64,000 nt of DNA. It comes from an uncultured Planctomycetota bacterium (lineage in GTDB: Bacteria; Planctomycetota; Planctomycetia; Isosphaerales; Isosphaeraceae). Positions within the stretch are counted from its first letter, which is position 1. Each line of letters begins with the position of its first letter. Positions 16,968-27,156 of this stretch are shown piece by piece. The stretch is from NCBI GenBank assembly GCA_963737655.1, contig CAVTTN010000002.1, positions 704,001 to 768,000 on the forward strand, in the 5' to 3' direction. Position numbers and translations under genes: made by a program. Below the pieces are notes generated by a model. That model was not told the origin of the DNA. It saw nothing but the letters and a program-made list of their open reading frames with translations, and searched no databases.

Positions 16968-18857
16968 CTACGGAGCCTTCCTGACCTGTTTTGTGATCCG
17001 ATGCGCGGTCGCCTTCTTGGCAACAGTTGCGGAGTTGGCCATCGGCAGCACGGGGTGACGGTTGAACTGGAACCGCCCCTGGAAGTCGCCCCCGGGTTGG
17101 GCGTTGCCGGTCGGGAACTTGCCCGTGAATTCGCCGTCGAGCGCCTTGCCCGCGAGGTCGACGATGCCTCCGGAATGGACCACGATCACGTATCGCCCGT
17201 GGCGCAGAGGGCGACCGCCGTTGATCGTCAGCGCCACGGTCCGCGACGTGCCGTCCAATCCCGAGACGCTCACGCCCGTGATCGCGACGGGCTTGTGACC
17301 GAACGATGAGAACGGGCCAAGCACCGCGTAATTCGCCACGGTGGTCAGCGACGCCAGGTCCAGGCCGTTCGGGGCGGAGAACGTGAGGAGCACTTGCCCC
17401 CTGGCGTATTGGACGGTCGCCGCCGTGATCTGGGGCCCGTCGCTACTGACCGGGGTACTGCCCGACGAACCACTTCCGGACGAATCGCTGCCGGACGATC
17501 CGCCGCCGGACGATCCGCCGCCGGACGAACCGCCGCCGGACGAACCGCCGCCGGACGAACCGCCGCCGGACGATCCGCCGCCGGACGATCCGCTGTCGGA
17601 CGATCCCGTGCCGGTGAGGAGGATTCCAACCTCGGCCGGGTTGGTTGTGACGGTCATCAGGTCGGCGAGGCCGTCGCCGTTGAGGTCGCCGGCCGCCAGG
17701 TCGCTCGCGCCATTGAACCCGACGCTGGGGACCGGGATGGGGGCGCTTGTGACGAAATGGCCATCGCCGCTCCCTGGCGCGACGCGGACCTCGTTCAGCG
17801 GATACGTCGGGACCGCCAGATCGATCTTGCCGTCGCCGTTGAAGTCGCCTGCCACCAGCGTGCCCGACGCGGCCCCGAACCCGACGAAGGCGTTGGGAAT
17901 TGCGGCGAACGTGCCGTCGCCGATGCCGCCCAGGACGATCACGCTCCCATCGTCCTGGTTCACGGCCGCCAGGTCGAGCTTGCCGTCGCCGTTGAAATCC
18001 GCCCGGACCAGGCTCGAGGATGCGAAGCCGATCGGGGTCGTCCCGCCCAGGCGGAACGTGCCGTCGCCGTTGCCCAGAAAGGTTTGTTCCGAGGTCGAGT
18101 TGAGCGTGACCCCCGCCAGGTCGAGCTTGCCATCGCCGTTGAAGTCACCGGCCACCAGTCCGGGCGCCACGGCGGTCGAGAGGCCGAGGTCCCCGGCCGA
18201 CCCCGCCGCGTGGAGCGTCCCGTCCCGCTCGCCCAGGAAAGCCAGGACCGGACCGGTCACCGGGCCGATGGGCGGAGGGGAACCGGGTTGGGCGAAGGGC
18301 GGCGGTGGGCCGGACATGAGCTTGGCCCCGTACGCCACGGCGAGGTCCGAGACCCCGTCGCCGTTGAAGTCGCCCGCCACGAGGCGCGTGGGGACGGGGT
18401 AGCTCGGGTCGATCACCCCGAAGCCCGGGGCCGTCGCCCCCAGCTGGAACGTGCCGTCGCCGTTGCCCAGGAACTCGATCACGATCGCGTTGTTGCTCGC
18501 GTCGACCCCCGTCGAGGCCACGTCGAGCTTGCCGTCGCCGTTGAAGTCCCCCACGGCGAGATTCCCGCTCAGGGCGGGCGTGGCCGTGTCAAAGGAGCCG
18601 ATGAACCCGCCCTTGCCGTCCCCCAGCAGGGTCGTGATCACCCCTCCCTGGGCTGATCCGTTGTATTGCGGCGTTTCCGTCACAACGTCGAGCTTGCCGT
18701 CGCCGTTGAAGTCGCCCGTCGCGACCGAATTCGCGCCGGTGGCCACCGGGTAGACCACCGCCGGGCGGAACGCAACCGTCAGGAGCAGACGGGCTTCGAG
18801 CCCGTCGAGGACCGGGCGAACGCTCTGCGGAAGTCGGTTTCGAGGCTTCAGGTTCAT
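16968..18857 (-). CDS. Secreted FG-GAP/VCBS repeat protein with planctomycete LEPR-XLL-like N-terminus
   Basis: RPVLDGLEARLLL; seven (G/A)D(F/L)NGDG..D repeats; Gly/Ser linker; C-terminal DLAGKALDGE...GGDF domain. Confidence 0.9.
   Translation of the reverse strand: MNLKPRNRLPQSVRPVLDGLEARLLLTVAFRPAVVYPVATGANSVATGDFNGDGKLDVVTETPQYNGSAQGGVITTLLGDGKGGFIGSFDTATPALSGNLAVGDFNGDGKLDVASTGVDASNNAIVIEFLGNGDGTFQLGATAPGFGVIDPSYPVPTRLVAGDFNGDGVSDLAVAYGAKLMSGPPPPFAQPGSPPPIGPVTGPVLAFLGERDGTLHAAGSAGDLGLSTAVAPGLVAGDFNGDGKLDLAGVTLNSTSEQTFLGNGDGTFRLGGTTPIGFASSSLVRADFNGDGKLDLAAVNQDDGSVIVLGGIGDGTFAAIPNAFVGFGAASGTLVAGDFNGDGKIDLAVPTYPLNEVRVAPGSGDGHFVTSAPIPVPSVGFNGASDLAAGDLNGDGLADLMTVTTNPAEVGILLTGTGSSDSGSSGGGSSGGGSSGGGSSGGGSSGGGSSGGGSSGSDSSGSGSSGSTPVSSDGPQITAATVQYARGQVLLTFSAPNGLDLASLTTVANYAVLGPFSSFGHKPVAITGVSVSGLDGTSRTVALTINGGRPLRHGRYVIVVHSGGIVDLAGKALDGEFTGKFPTGNAQPGGDFQGRFQFNRHPVLPMANSATVAKKATAHRITKQVRKAP
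17461..17605 (-). repeat. 15-bp tandem repeat encoding a (GGGSS)n linker
   Basis: ccggacga(t/a)ccgccg x6 (17491-17580) plus degenerate flanking copies. Confidence 0.9.
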
Positions 18858-19010
18858 CAGTACACCCGGTGAAGGAGAGGCGACACGTCACAAAGTCGCC
18901 AATACCCCCAGTATAACACAGACGTGATCGTTATACCACCAAAGCGGGACGCATTGCATGAGCCGCAGGCCCCTTCGGAAGTCCACCGCCCCATCCGATC
19001 GGACGCCGCT

Positions 19011-19934
19011 CTAAGGCGAAGCCACCAAATCCCGACCGCGGCTATACTGCCTCGGAGAGCAGCCCATGACCCTCTTGAACGCCGTGCTGAAGGCGCTCTC
19101 GGATTCGTAGCCGAGCGACCGCGAGATCACCGAAATCGAGTCGCCGGAGTGCTTCAGCCGGTCCCCGGCCAGGAGGATCCTCCAGCGAATCAGGTAGTCG
19201 ATGGGCGTCGAGCCGACGGTCTCCTTGAATCGCTCGGCGAAGGCCGACCTCGACATCCCGACCTTCCCCGCCAGCTCTTGAAGGGTCCAGGGATGGGCGG
19301 GCTCCTCGTGGATCGCGTGGATGGCCACGCTCATCTGCGGGTCCGCCAGGGCGAAGAGCCAACCGACGCTCCCGCTCAGCCCCTCCGCCAGATGCGCACG
19401 CAGGGCCTGGACGAACAGCATGTGGGCCAGGTGCTGGATGACCAGGAAGCCGCCCGGTTGCGGCTCGCGAAGCTCCTGCATCATCCGCTCGATGGACCAG
19501 CGGAGCGCCCGCCTGTCCGCCTCCTTCTTGATGTGGACGATCGGCGGGAGCATGCCCAGGAGGATCCGGGCGTGGTTCTTCTCGAAGTCGAAATACCCCC
19601 CGACGCCGGAGACATCGCCTCCGCCGTTCCAGACGGAGATGCTCCCGTTCAGGGGCTTCTTGTACACCGAGCGGAAGTCGGTCGGCGGCAGGGCGACGTC
19701 GCTCGTCAGCCGGAACGGCCGCCCCAGGGGGAGGAGGAAGCAATCGCCCGACCCGAGGTGCACCGCCTCGGCGACGCCCTCCACGACCAGCCAGCACTGG
19801 CCGGAGACGATCGCATAGCACTTGATCCCGTCGTGCTCGGGGAACTGGAGCGACCAGTCCCCGCCCACGTCGAAGCCGCCGCACATCGAATTCTGCGGCT
19901 TCAGCAGCGAAAGCACGCCCGAGAGCGGGTCCAT
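19011..19934 (-). CDS. AraC-family regulator with cupin N-terminus (RclR-like)
   Basis: MDPLSGVLSLL start; PWTLQELA..VGMSRSAFAERFK; LGYESESAFSTAFKRVMGCSP. Confidence 0.93.
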   Translation of the reverse strand: MDPLSGVLSLLKPQNSMCGGFDVGGDWSLQFPEHDGIKCYAIVSGQCWLVVEGVAEAVHLGSGDCFLLPLGRPFRLTSDVALPPTDFRSVYKKPLNGSISVWNGGGDVSGVGGYFDFEKNHARILLGMLPPIVHIKKEADRRALRWSIERMMQELREPQPGGFLVIQHLAHMLFVQALRAHLAEGLSGSVGWLFALADPQMSVAIHAIHEEPAHPWTLQELAGKVGMSRSAFAERFKETVGSTPIDYLIRWRILLAGDRLKHSGDSISVISRSLGYESESAFSTAFKRVMGCSPRQYSRGRDLVASP

Positions 19935-20049
19935 CGGACCTCCTGGACGATCTCGAAGAAAGATTGGACTGTAAAGCATAGATCGTCGCGAGCCAAAAGC
20001 CTACCCTTTCGATCGTGGGACCGAAAGTCACATTCCGGGAGGCTTCCTG

Positions 20050-20955
20050 ATGCGTGTTTTCGTCACCGGCGCGACGGGCTTCATCGGCACCGAGGTCGTC
20101 CGCGATCTGATCGAGGCGGGTCATTCGGTGCTCGGCCTCTCCCGTTCGGACAAGGGCGCCGCGGCCCTCTCGGCCGCCGGGGCCGAGGTGCACCGGGGCG
20201 ACCTCGAGGACCTGGCCAGCCTGAGGAGCGGCGCGTCGGCCTCGGACGGGGTGATCCACCTCGGCTTCATCCACGACTTCTCCAGCGTCTCGCGGTTCCA
20301 GGAGGTCTGCGAGGCGGACCGGCGGGCCATCGGGGCGATGGGCGACGCCCTGGCCGGCTCCGACCGCCCCTTCGTCATCACGTCCGGCACCGGGATGGGG
20401 ACCAGGGCGCCGGGCCAGCTCGCGACCGAGGACCACTTCGACCCCCATCACCCGAACCCCCGAGCGGGCTCGGAGATCGCGGCGGAGGCGGTCGCCTCGC
20501 GAGGGGTTCGCGTGACGGTGGTGCGGCTGCCGCAGGTGCACAACACGGAGAAGCAGGGCCTGGTCACGCCCGTGATCGCGGTCGCCCGCGAGAAGGGCGT
20601 CGCGGCGTACGTCGGCGACGGGCTCAACCGCTGGCCCGCGGTCCACTTGCTCGACGCCGCGCCCGTCTATCGGCTGGCGCTGGAGAAGGGGCCGAACCGG
20701 GCGAGGTATCACGCGGTCGCCGAGGAGGGCGTGACGGCCCGGTCGATCGCCGAGGCCATCGGGCGGGGCCTGAAGCTCCCGGTCGAGTCCCTGTCGCCCG
20801 AGCAGGCCGCCGGCCACTTCGGCTGGCTCGGGATGTTCGTCGGTTGGGACATGCCGGCGTCGAGCACCCTGACGCAAGAGAGGCTGGGATGGCACCCGAC
20901 GCAGAAGGCCGGGATGATCGAAGACCTCGACCACATGGACTGGTCAGCGGCCTGA
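20050..20955 (+). CDS. NAD-dependent epimerase/dehydratase (SDR) family oxidoreductase
   Basis: MRVFVTGATGFIG, DGVIHLGFIHDF; divergent from the AraC gene. Confidence 0.93.
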   Translation: MRVFVTGATGFIGTEVVRDLIEAGHSVLGLSRSDKGAAALSAAGAEVHRGDLEDLASLRSGASASDGVIHLGFIHDFSSVSRFQEVCEADRRAIGAMGDALAGSDRPFVITSGTGMGTRAPGQLATEDHFDPHHPNPRAGSEIAAEAVASRGVRVTVVRLPQVHNTEKQGLVTPVIAVAREKGVAAYVGDGLNRWPAVHLLDAAPVYRLALEKGPNRARYHAVAEEGVTARSIAEAIGRGLKLPVESLSPEQAAGHFGWLGMFVGWDMPASSTLTQERLGWHPTQKAGMIEDLDHMDWSAA

Positions 20956-21010
20956 GGAAAAAGGTTCCTGACCTGCCCTGCAGCAACCCCCGTTAGAAGT
21001 AGGGAAGCGA

Positions 21011-21075
21011 GTAGGTCCGACTTCAGTCGGGCCTACGAAATGTCTCGTTTTGTAGGCCCGACCGAAGTCGGGTAC
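21011..21075. repeat. GTAG-type REP-like palindrome doublet
   Basis: gtaggtccgacttcagtcgggcctac (21011-21036) and gtaggcccgaccgaagtcgggtac (21052-21075); 21017-21036 vs 21052-21071 is a 20-bp IR with one mismatch; lies between convergent genes. Confidence 0.7.
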
Positions 21076-21187
21076 GCGATTCGAGGCGCGAATCCCGTTC
21101 GAAGTCGGGCCGACTCGAGCGACCCCTTCGATCGGGGTCTTCTAAAAAGCATCCCTGACCCCATCTCTGCCGGTCGGTTCGTAGTCG

Positions 21188-22996
21188 CTATTTCTCGCCG
21201 GGGAACTCGACCAGGGTCTGCCTCATGGCCTCGGGCGGCCTGGTCGCGAAGACCCGGCCGCCGAGGTTGTTGAGGATGTGGGCGATCTCGCTGCCGGGCC
21301 GGCCGTCCAGCCAGATCGTCGTCAGGTGGTGGAACTCCACTCCGGGGACGTTGGGCGCCTCGATGGCGGCGTGGGCCTTCACGGGCGCGTCTCGGAAAAA
21401 GCAATAGACACCCACGCCCCAGGCCTCGTGGCGGGTCACGCCGTCGGCGACCTTGTACGAGGCGAAGCCCTCGGTCTTGCCGCTCATCCAGGACTTCTGG
21501 TCGGGCACGTCGTACGGCATCTCCGACTGGTACATGTACACGCGGCCGCCGTTGCCGTTCCAGAGCGTCTGGTATTCCTCGTGGTGCTCGTTGAACAGGC
21601 CGTAGATGGTCACGTCGTCGCCGTCCACCACCAGGCCATTCTTCGTCGGGTTGGTGGTCCACCCGGCGCCGGCGCCGTGGTCCGCCCGCCAGATCCAGAT
21701 CTGGTCCGCCACGACGTGGTGGCTGTTGATCCGAACGCCCACGTCGTTCTTGCCCGCCGCGGGGCCGCCGGTGCGCACCGTCAGGTCATAGAGGAAGGTG
21801 GGATTGGCCGAATGATCGGCCTGGCTGCCCGGGGGGCCGACCTCCAGGAGCGTCGGCGACTTCACCGGGCCGGCGTCGAGGATCAGGCCGGCGACCTTCA
21901 CGCCGTCCACGTCGGCCACCGAGAGGATCGGAAGGCCCTTCGTCGGGATCAGCGAGGGCACGCCGAGGCCGAGGAGGATGGTATCGGCCCGGGTCACGCG
22001 GAGGGTGTCGTCGAGTGAATACACGCCGGGCGTGAACAGGATGTGCTTGCCCCCGGCCATCGCGGCGTTCAACCTCTCGGCCGTCGCCTCGCCCGGACGG
22101 GCGATGTGGAAGCGATCGATGGGGATCGACTCGCCGGGCGTGGGGCCGTCGAGCCAGCTCACGCCCCGGGCATTGGTCTTGAGGGCCGGGACGAACACGC
22201 GGTACTCGCCGGAGCCGTCCAGGAAGAGGTACGGCTTTTCCCGGATCACGGGCGTCCGGTCCACCACGGTGTAGGGCGGGTTCGGGAAGGTGCCGTCGGG
22301 GGTGTTCTCGCAGCCGACGAACACCATGTTCCAGACGGCGTTGCTCCACCCCGACCACTTGCTGTTGCGCGAGAGCCACTGCTGCTGAGAGGCGGGGACG
22401 ACCTTGCCATCGACGACCGAATCGGCCAGGAACCCGCCGCTGGCATAGCCCACGTTCCCCTTCGGGCCCCAGTCGAACAATTGGAGCTCGCCCCGGACGT
22501 GGAGCCTCCGCAAGGGGGCGGCCTGGGAGATCGCGATCCGGGTGATCCCCTTGTTGGTCTTGTAGGGCACGTCGGACGACGGGGTGACGGCGAAGTTCTC
22601 CAGGGTCCGCCAGAAGTTGTTCAGGGCGTTGCCGTCCGGGTCCCACTTGGCATTGACGGTCACCGAGCCGTCGATATGGACGTCGTCGGGGTTCCGACCC
22701 AGGCCGGCCACATGGGTGTAGAAGCCAACATTGAAGTTGACGTCATACTTGCCCGGCTTGAAGAGCAGGGCATAACGTTCGGGGCCGAACTGGTTCTTCT
22801 CCATCTTCGCGAAGACGTCATTCGCGGTTTTCTCAACCTCGGCGGCCGGCATCCGAGGGTCGAAGACGTATACGTTCGGGCCGAAGACGGTGGAATTGGC
22901 CTGAGGAGGATCGCCAAGAGCCACAGCGGGGATCGCCGAGCCCAGGACGGCAACGGCGGGCCAGACCAGGAGAATCGAACGCGCTAGCCAGACCAT
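21188..22996 (-). CDS. Secreted GH55-like beta-1,3-glucanase (often annotated coagulation factor 5/8-type protein)
   Basis: Signal peptide, then FGPNVYVFDP, QFGPERYALLFKPG, NFWRTLEN, SQAAPLRR, YASGGFLADS, SQQQW, WIWRADHG, YQSEMPYD; pattern recalled from bacterial GH55. Confidence 0.8.
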   Translation of the reverse strand: MVWLARSILLVWPAVAVLGSAIPAVALGDPPQANSTVFGPNVYVFDPRMPAAEVEKTANDVFAKMEKNQFGPERYALLFKPGKYDVNFNVGFYTHVAGLGRNPDDVHIDGSVTVNAKWDPDGNALNNFWRTLENFAVTPSSDVPYKTNKGITRIAISQAAPLRRLHVRGELQLFDWGPKGNVGYASGGFLADSVVDGKVVPASQQQWLSRNSKWSGWSNAVWNMVFVGCENTPDGTFPNPPYTVVDRTPVIREKPYLFLDGSGEYRVFVPALKTNARGVSWLDGPTPGESIPIDRFHIARPGEATAERLNAAMAGGKHILFTPGVYSLDDTLRVTRADTILLGLGVPSLIPTKGLPILSVADVDGVKVAGLILDAGPVKSPTLLEVGPPGSQADHSANPTFLYDLTVRTGGPAAGKNDVGVRINSHHVVADQIWIWRADHGAGAGWTTNPTKNGLVVDGDDVTIYGLFNEHHEEYQTLWNGNGGRVYMYQSEMPYDVPDQKSWMSGKTEGFASYKVADGVTRHEAWGVGVYCFFRDAPVKAHAAIEAPNVPGVEFHHLTTIWLDGRPGSEIAHILNNLGGRVFATRPPEAMRQTLVEFPGEK

Positions 22997-23680
22997 GTTG
23001 TACCCTCGACGAAGGCTCGACGCGGTTTCCCGGGATCCCCGGCGCAGGAACTCCTCTCCGAGAAGGCCCGAACGCGGGACCGCCAGTATAGGGGCCGGGA
23101 GGCCGCCGGGCCATCCCGGGGAAGGAACGGCGACCCCGGACAACCTCCATTGTCCTACTCTTCTTCGAGGGCCCGCGACGGCAATCCATCAGGTCGGATC
23201 GCTCCCGGGGAGCGAACGAGGCCGCTCCGATCGGATCTCGCGACGACGCGGGTTTTGACGCTACGCAGATCGGAGGGACAGCAGGTTTTCGAGCGGGACC
23301 TCCTCGTCCTCATCGTTTGCCGGGATGGATTTGACCATGACTATCCCGGGCTGGCGGCCGTCCACCAGGACCTTCCCGGAGGCCTGGACGAGCCTGCGGG
23401 CGTTCCCGAGGACCGACGAGGGCTTAAGGGGACGTTCCTATTTATCGGCGCGGTCTAATTGGGATTAGGAGGGAGTGCCCTCGTCTAGTAAATTGCCCAG
23501 AATGCCCAATCTACGACAAGAAATAAGAATGTCCCCTTTGCCCTCCGCGTGCTCAAGGGGCGATAAACCGTTCAGTATCGGGGACTTAACGCTAACTTCG
23601 CGGCATTCTAGAACGTCCCCTTCTCCCCTTCGAGTGAGGACACGAGGGCGGCCCCTCGTCCCGTTTCTGGGCCCCCTCGA

Positions 23681-24580
23681 TCATTTCATCTTGAGTGGCG
23701 GTGCCACCGGGAGCGGGGCCTTCGAGAACAGCTTGCTCAGGTTCGCCACGCTGGGCTTCGCGCCCTTCTTGAGGAGATCCTCGATCTCGTCCTCGGCCAT
23801 CGCGACGGGTGCCGCGGTCGAGAACTTGTACCTGACATCCTCGGCGAAATATTCGATGTTGTCCGCGTTGTACCAGGCACGCGAGGGACGATTGCTCGCG
23901 AGGTCGAGGCAGTCCGGGGTGCCATAACAGCTAGGACTCGAATTGTCGTGTGTGGAGTGGTCCTCGGTTCCGCATAGATTGTGCGAGAGTTCGTGAACCA
24001 AGGCCCCGCCGACGGTATCCGAGCCTCGGAGATTCATGGTGGATCGCCCATCGAGCCTCTTCTCGAAGAAGAGCTTGCACAACCCGATGCGACGGTCGTT
24101 GGCGTTCGGAAATGACTCGGCGTAGCCCTCGACGTCTCTGGCTATCAGGCGTATACGGGCCGGATTTGGGTAGTCGTTTAGCTCGCCGATCAGGGCGTCG
24201 CTTCCCCGATAGTAGACGGAGATTTCCTGGACGATGTGGCTCTGGATGGCCCCGAGGACGGCTCGCGCTCCTTTCCACCAGTCGGTGACCCGATTCCTTG
24301 GCCCGAACCAGCGGGTCATGAAATCCACGCCTTCGTCGTCGCCGTTGATGATGGCCCCGTTCGCCGCCATGTAGGCCGAGATGATCATGGCCCTCGCTTC
24401 GGCGATGGCGATCTCGACATCGTGATAGAGCAATGAATGGAGCAGATTCCGCGGGCCGCGGTTCGGCCAGTGGATGCCCGCGTAGTTGATCTGGCCGTAG
24501 GCCGCGACCGGGACGACGTGGCCAAATGCCGCCAGGGTCGCCGTGAGCTTGGCGCTGTCCTGTAGCACAGTAGTGGGCAT
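23681..24580 (-). CDS. M35/aspzincin-like zinc metallo-endopeptidase
   Basis: From ATG 24580 (MPTTVLQ): GALVHELSHNLCGTEDH...CYG...NADNIEYF matches HExxH + GTxD + YG + NAD of aspzincins; no signal peptide seen. Confidence 0.8.
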   Translation of the reverse strand: MPTTVLQDSAKLTATLAAFGHVVPVAAYGQINYAGIHWPNRGPRNLLHSLLYHDVEIAIAEARAMIISAYMAANGAIINGDDEGVDFMTRWFGPRNRVTDWWKGARAVLGAIQSHIVQEISVYYRGSDALIGELNDYPNPARIRLIARDVEGYAESFPNANDRRIGLCKLFFEKRLDGRSTMNLRGSDTVGGALVHELSHNLCGTEDHSTHDNSSPSCYGTPDCLDLASNRPSRAWYNADNIEYFAEDVRYKFSTAAPVAMAEDEIEDLLKKGAKPSVANLSKLFSKAPLPVAPPLKMK

Positions 24581-24632
24581 GGATCGTACTCCACGTGTGT
24601 CGGAAGTGAAGGGAGGAGGTTCTCGGCCACCT

Positions 24633-26140
24633 TCATTGGTGGGCGTGGACTTCGGCCCGGAGGGGCAGGAGGAGGGGCTCGGCCGATCAGGTCGCGGGCC
24701 GTGTCGTGCAACTCCCGGAGGTCGCAATTTAGGTCCTCCGCCGTGGTCGCGATGGCCCATCCGAGGGGCCGGTCGGAGCGGTGGCGGGCGAGCAGGGCGA
24801 GGGCGAGGGGGCCCAGCGGCCCGCCCGCGATCAGGCCGCCGGGCCGCGACCAGGCCGTCTTCTCGGGCCGCCAGCCCTCCGGCGTGGGGGCCCGGGTCTC
24901 CAGGAGCCGGAGGTCCGGATTGACGCGCAGACGGGTCGCGAGCAGAGCCTCCTCGCCGTCGCAGCCGTCGAGGAAGTCGCGGAGGCCGAAGCCCAGGAGG
25001 ATCTCGGCTCCCGACCCGTCCGGGCTCGGACGGCCCTCGTCGACGCGAAACCAGTTCGTCCCGGCCGCGCGCCTTCGAAGGGTGATCAGCCCGAAGCCGA
25101 TCCTCTGGATGTTGCTGGCCCTGTAGAAGTCCATCCACCGGGTGAAGCGATACGCGAAGCGGTCGGGGTCGCTCACGCCGGCGTCCTCCAGCCACATGGC
25201 CGCATAGGCGTCGAGCTCGATGTGGTGGGCCCCCAGGACCCAGACGTCGCACTCGGAGTCGGCGAACCAGCCCTCGAGGCGGTCGCGCCAGCCCTGGGCG
25301 GGGCCCTCCGCCCAGTTGCACAGGAACTGCGCGAAGCCGCCCTCGTTCAGCCGCGAGGGCGCCTCGCGCGATCCGCTCGCAGAAGCCGTCGGCCTCGAAC
25401 CCCCCGTCCCGAAAGATCACATCACGCTCGGGAGAGATGACGAACGGCGGGTTGGAGATCACCAGGTCGAACCTTTGATCGGCGACCGGCGCGAATCGGT
25501 CTCCTTCGAGGATCTCGATCGGCGCCGAGGGGTTCAGTTGCGCGTTGAACCTCGCGACGTTCAGGGCCCGGGGGCCGCGGTCGGTCGCGACGACCCGGCG
25601 GCTGTGGGACCTGGCCCTGATGGCCTGAAAACCGCAGCCGGTGCCCAGGTCGAGCGTCGACGAGGAGGCGAACCGGGCGGTCAGGTCGTGCAGCCACATC
25701 GTGGTCTGGCTCAGACCGATCACGAAATCCGCCGCCACCTCGCCGCCATCCCAGGACGCGTCATGGGCGATCGTGATCCCCCGGTAAGTCGCCAGGGCCA
25801 GGCGGCCCCGGACCCGCGACCCGTCCCGGCTCACCAGGCCCACCCGCGCCCAATCCTCTAACGAGGTCGGGGCCATGGCCGCCCTCGCCCGATCCGCCTC
25901 GACCGAGGCCCCGAGGAGGAAGAGCTCGATGAAGATCCCCAGCGGATCGTCTCCGGCGACCCGAGATCGCAGGCGGGCCAGGGCGCCGGCGCCGGCGGAG
26001 AGGGCCCGGGGATACGGACATCCCAGGAAATAGCCGATCCGTGTCTCCTCGAAGCCGGCGCAGTCGAGGGCCTCGCGAATACCCACCACCAGATCCGGGC
26101 AGTCCAGCCGCAGCGGAGTGGGGCCGAGGAGTCGGGCCAT
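24633..26140 (-). CDS. Class I SAM-dependent methyltransferase (apparent frameshifts ~25360 and ~24680)
   Basis: LDLGTGCGFQA, VVATD, FDLVISNPPFVISP. Continues in another frame as EGGFAQFLCNW...IGFGLITLRR and plausibly ends ...LLLPLRAEVHAHQ*. Confidence 0.8.
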
Positions 26141-26537
26141 GAGCCGGCCTCCGAGGGGAGCGAAGCGGGCACGGCGGGGAGAAAGTAGGTGGAGCGGCGA
26201 TGGCCCTCACCCGCCGCGGCCGTCCGACCTGGCAAAGAGAAAAAGGGACCTTCCTATTTTCGCCGGGCCTCCCGGCAAGATAGGGTCCTCCCCCTCGGCG
26301 ACGGGATGCAACGCCGCACCAAGACTAATACCCCGCGAGCGAGGAAAACCTACCCGGCTCCGACGGATTTCTCGCGTCGGCCGGCCCGTCCATTCGCTTG
26401 CGATCGCGCGGCGCGCCCATTAAGATGCAGGGCAGTCAGGAACTTGCAACGCCTTCATTGCCGAATTGTGTGGTTCCGACCGATCGCTCCCCGGACAAGG
26501 CCGGGCGATCCGAGGGCGAGGGCGGCCCGAGGAGGGG

Positions 26538-27147
26538 ATGAGTCGTGCTCCGTCTCCACGTCGAGGCGACCAGCGCCAGCCTCCTCGTCCGCCTCCGGGA
26601 ACGGCCGGCGGACGAACGGGCCTGGGCGGAGTTCGTGGCCCGCTACGGGCCTCCGATCCGGGAATACTGCCGGGCCGCCTCGCTCCAGGCGGCTGATGCC
26701 GAGGACGTGACCCAGTCCGTCCTGACCAAGCTCGTCGCCCGCCTGAGGACCTTCCGGTACGACCCGCAGAGGAGCTTCCGCGCCTGGCTCTTCGCGGTCG
26801 CCCGGAGCGTCCTGTGCGACTACCTCGCCGAGCAGAAGGCCCTGCGGGGCAGCGGCGATAGCGCGGTGCTCCGCCTCCTGGACCTGGTCGAGGCCCGCGA
26901 GGACCTGGCCCGTCGCCTCCGGGAGACGTTCGACCACGAGGTCCTGGCCGAGGCCCTGCGGAGGGTCCGCCTGAGGACGCCGGCCCGGCAGTGGGAGGCC
27001 TTCCGGCTGGCCGGCCTGGAAGGGAAACCGGGCGTGGAGGTCTCGGCGCGGCTGGACATGCCCGTGGCCACGGTCTTCACGGCCAAGAGCAAGGTGAGGA
27101 AGGCCGTCCGCGACGAGGTCCGGCGGCTGGGAGGCGACCTGGAGTAG
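26538..27147 (+). CDS. ECF sigma factor (planctomycete kinase-associated type)
   Basis: TSASLLVRLR, AWAEFVARYGP, DAEDVTQ, SFRAWL, WEAFRL, VFTAKSKV. RBS-preceded ATG 26538 is out of frame with the body; GTG 26545 is in frame. Confidence 0.88.
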
Positions 27148-27156
27148 GGACCGGCC

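Noticed and set aside
17461..17605. 15-bp tandem repeat as a DGR or regulatory array linked to the RT
   Set aside because: It is an in-frame Gly/Ser linker in the FG-GAP protein, with no template/variable repeat pair.
23681..26140. 819-aa methyltransferase-peptidase fusion in the ORF track
   Set aside because: The middle is low-complexity off-frame translation. The methyltransferase continues in another frame and the peptidase has its own ATG at 24580.
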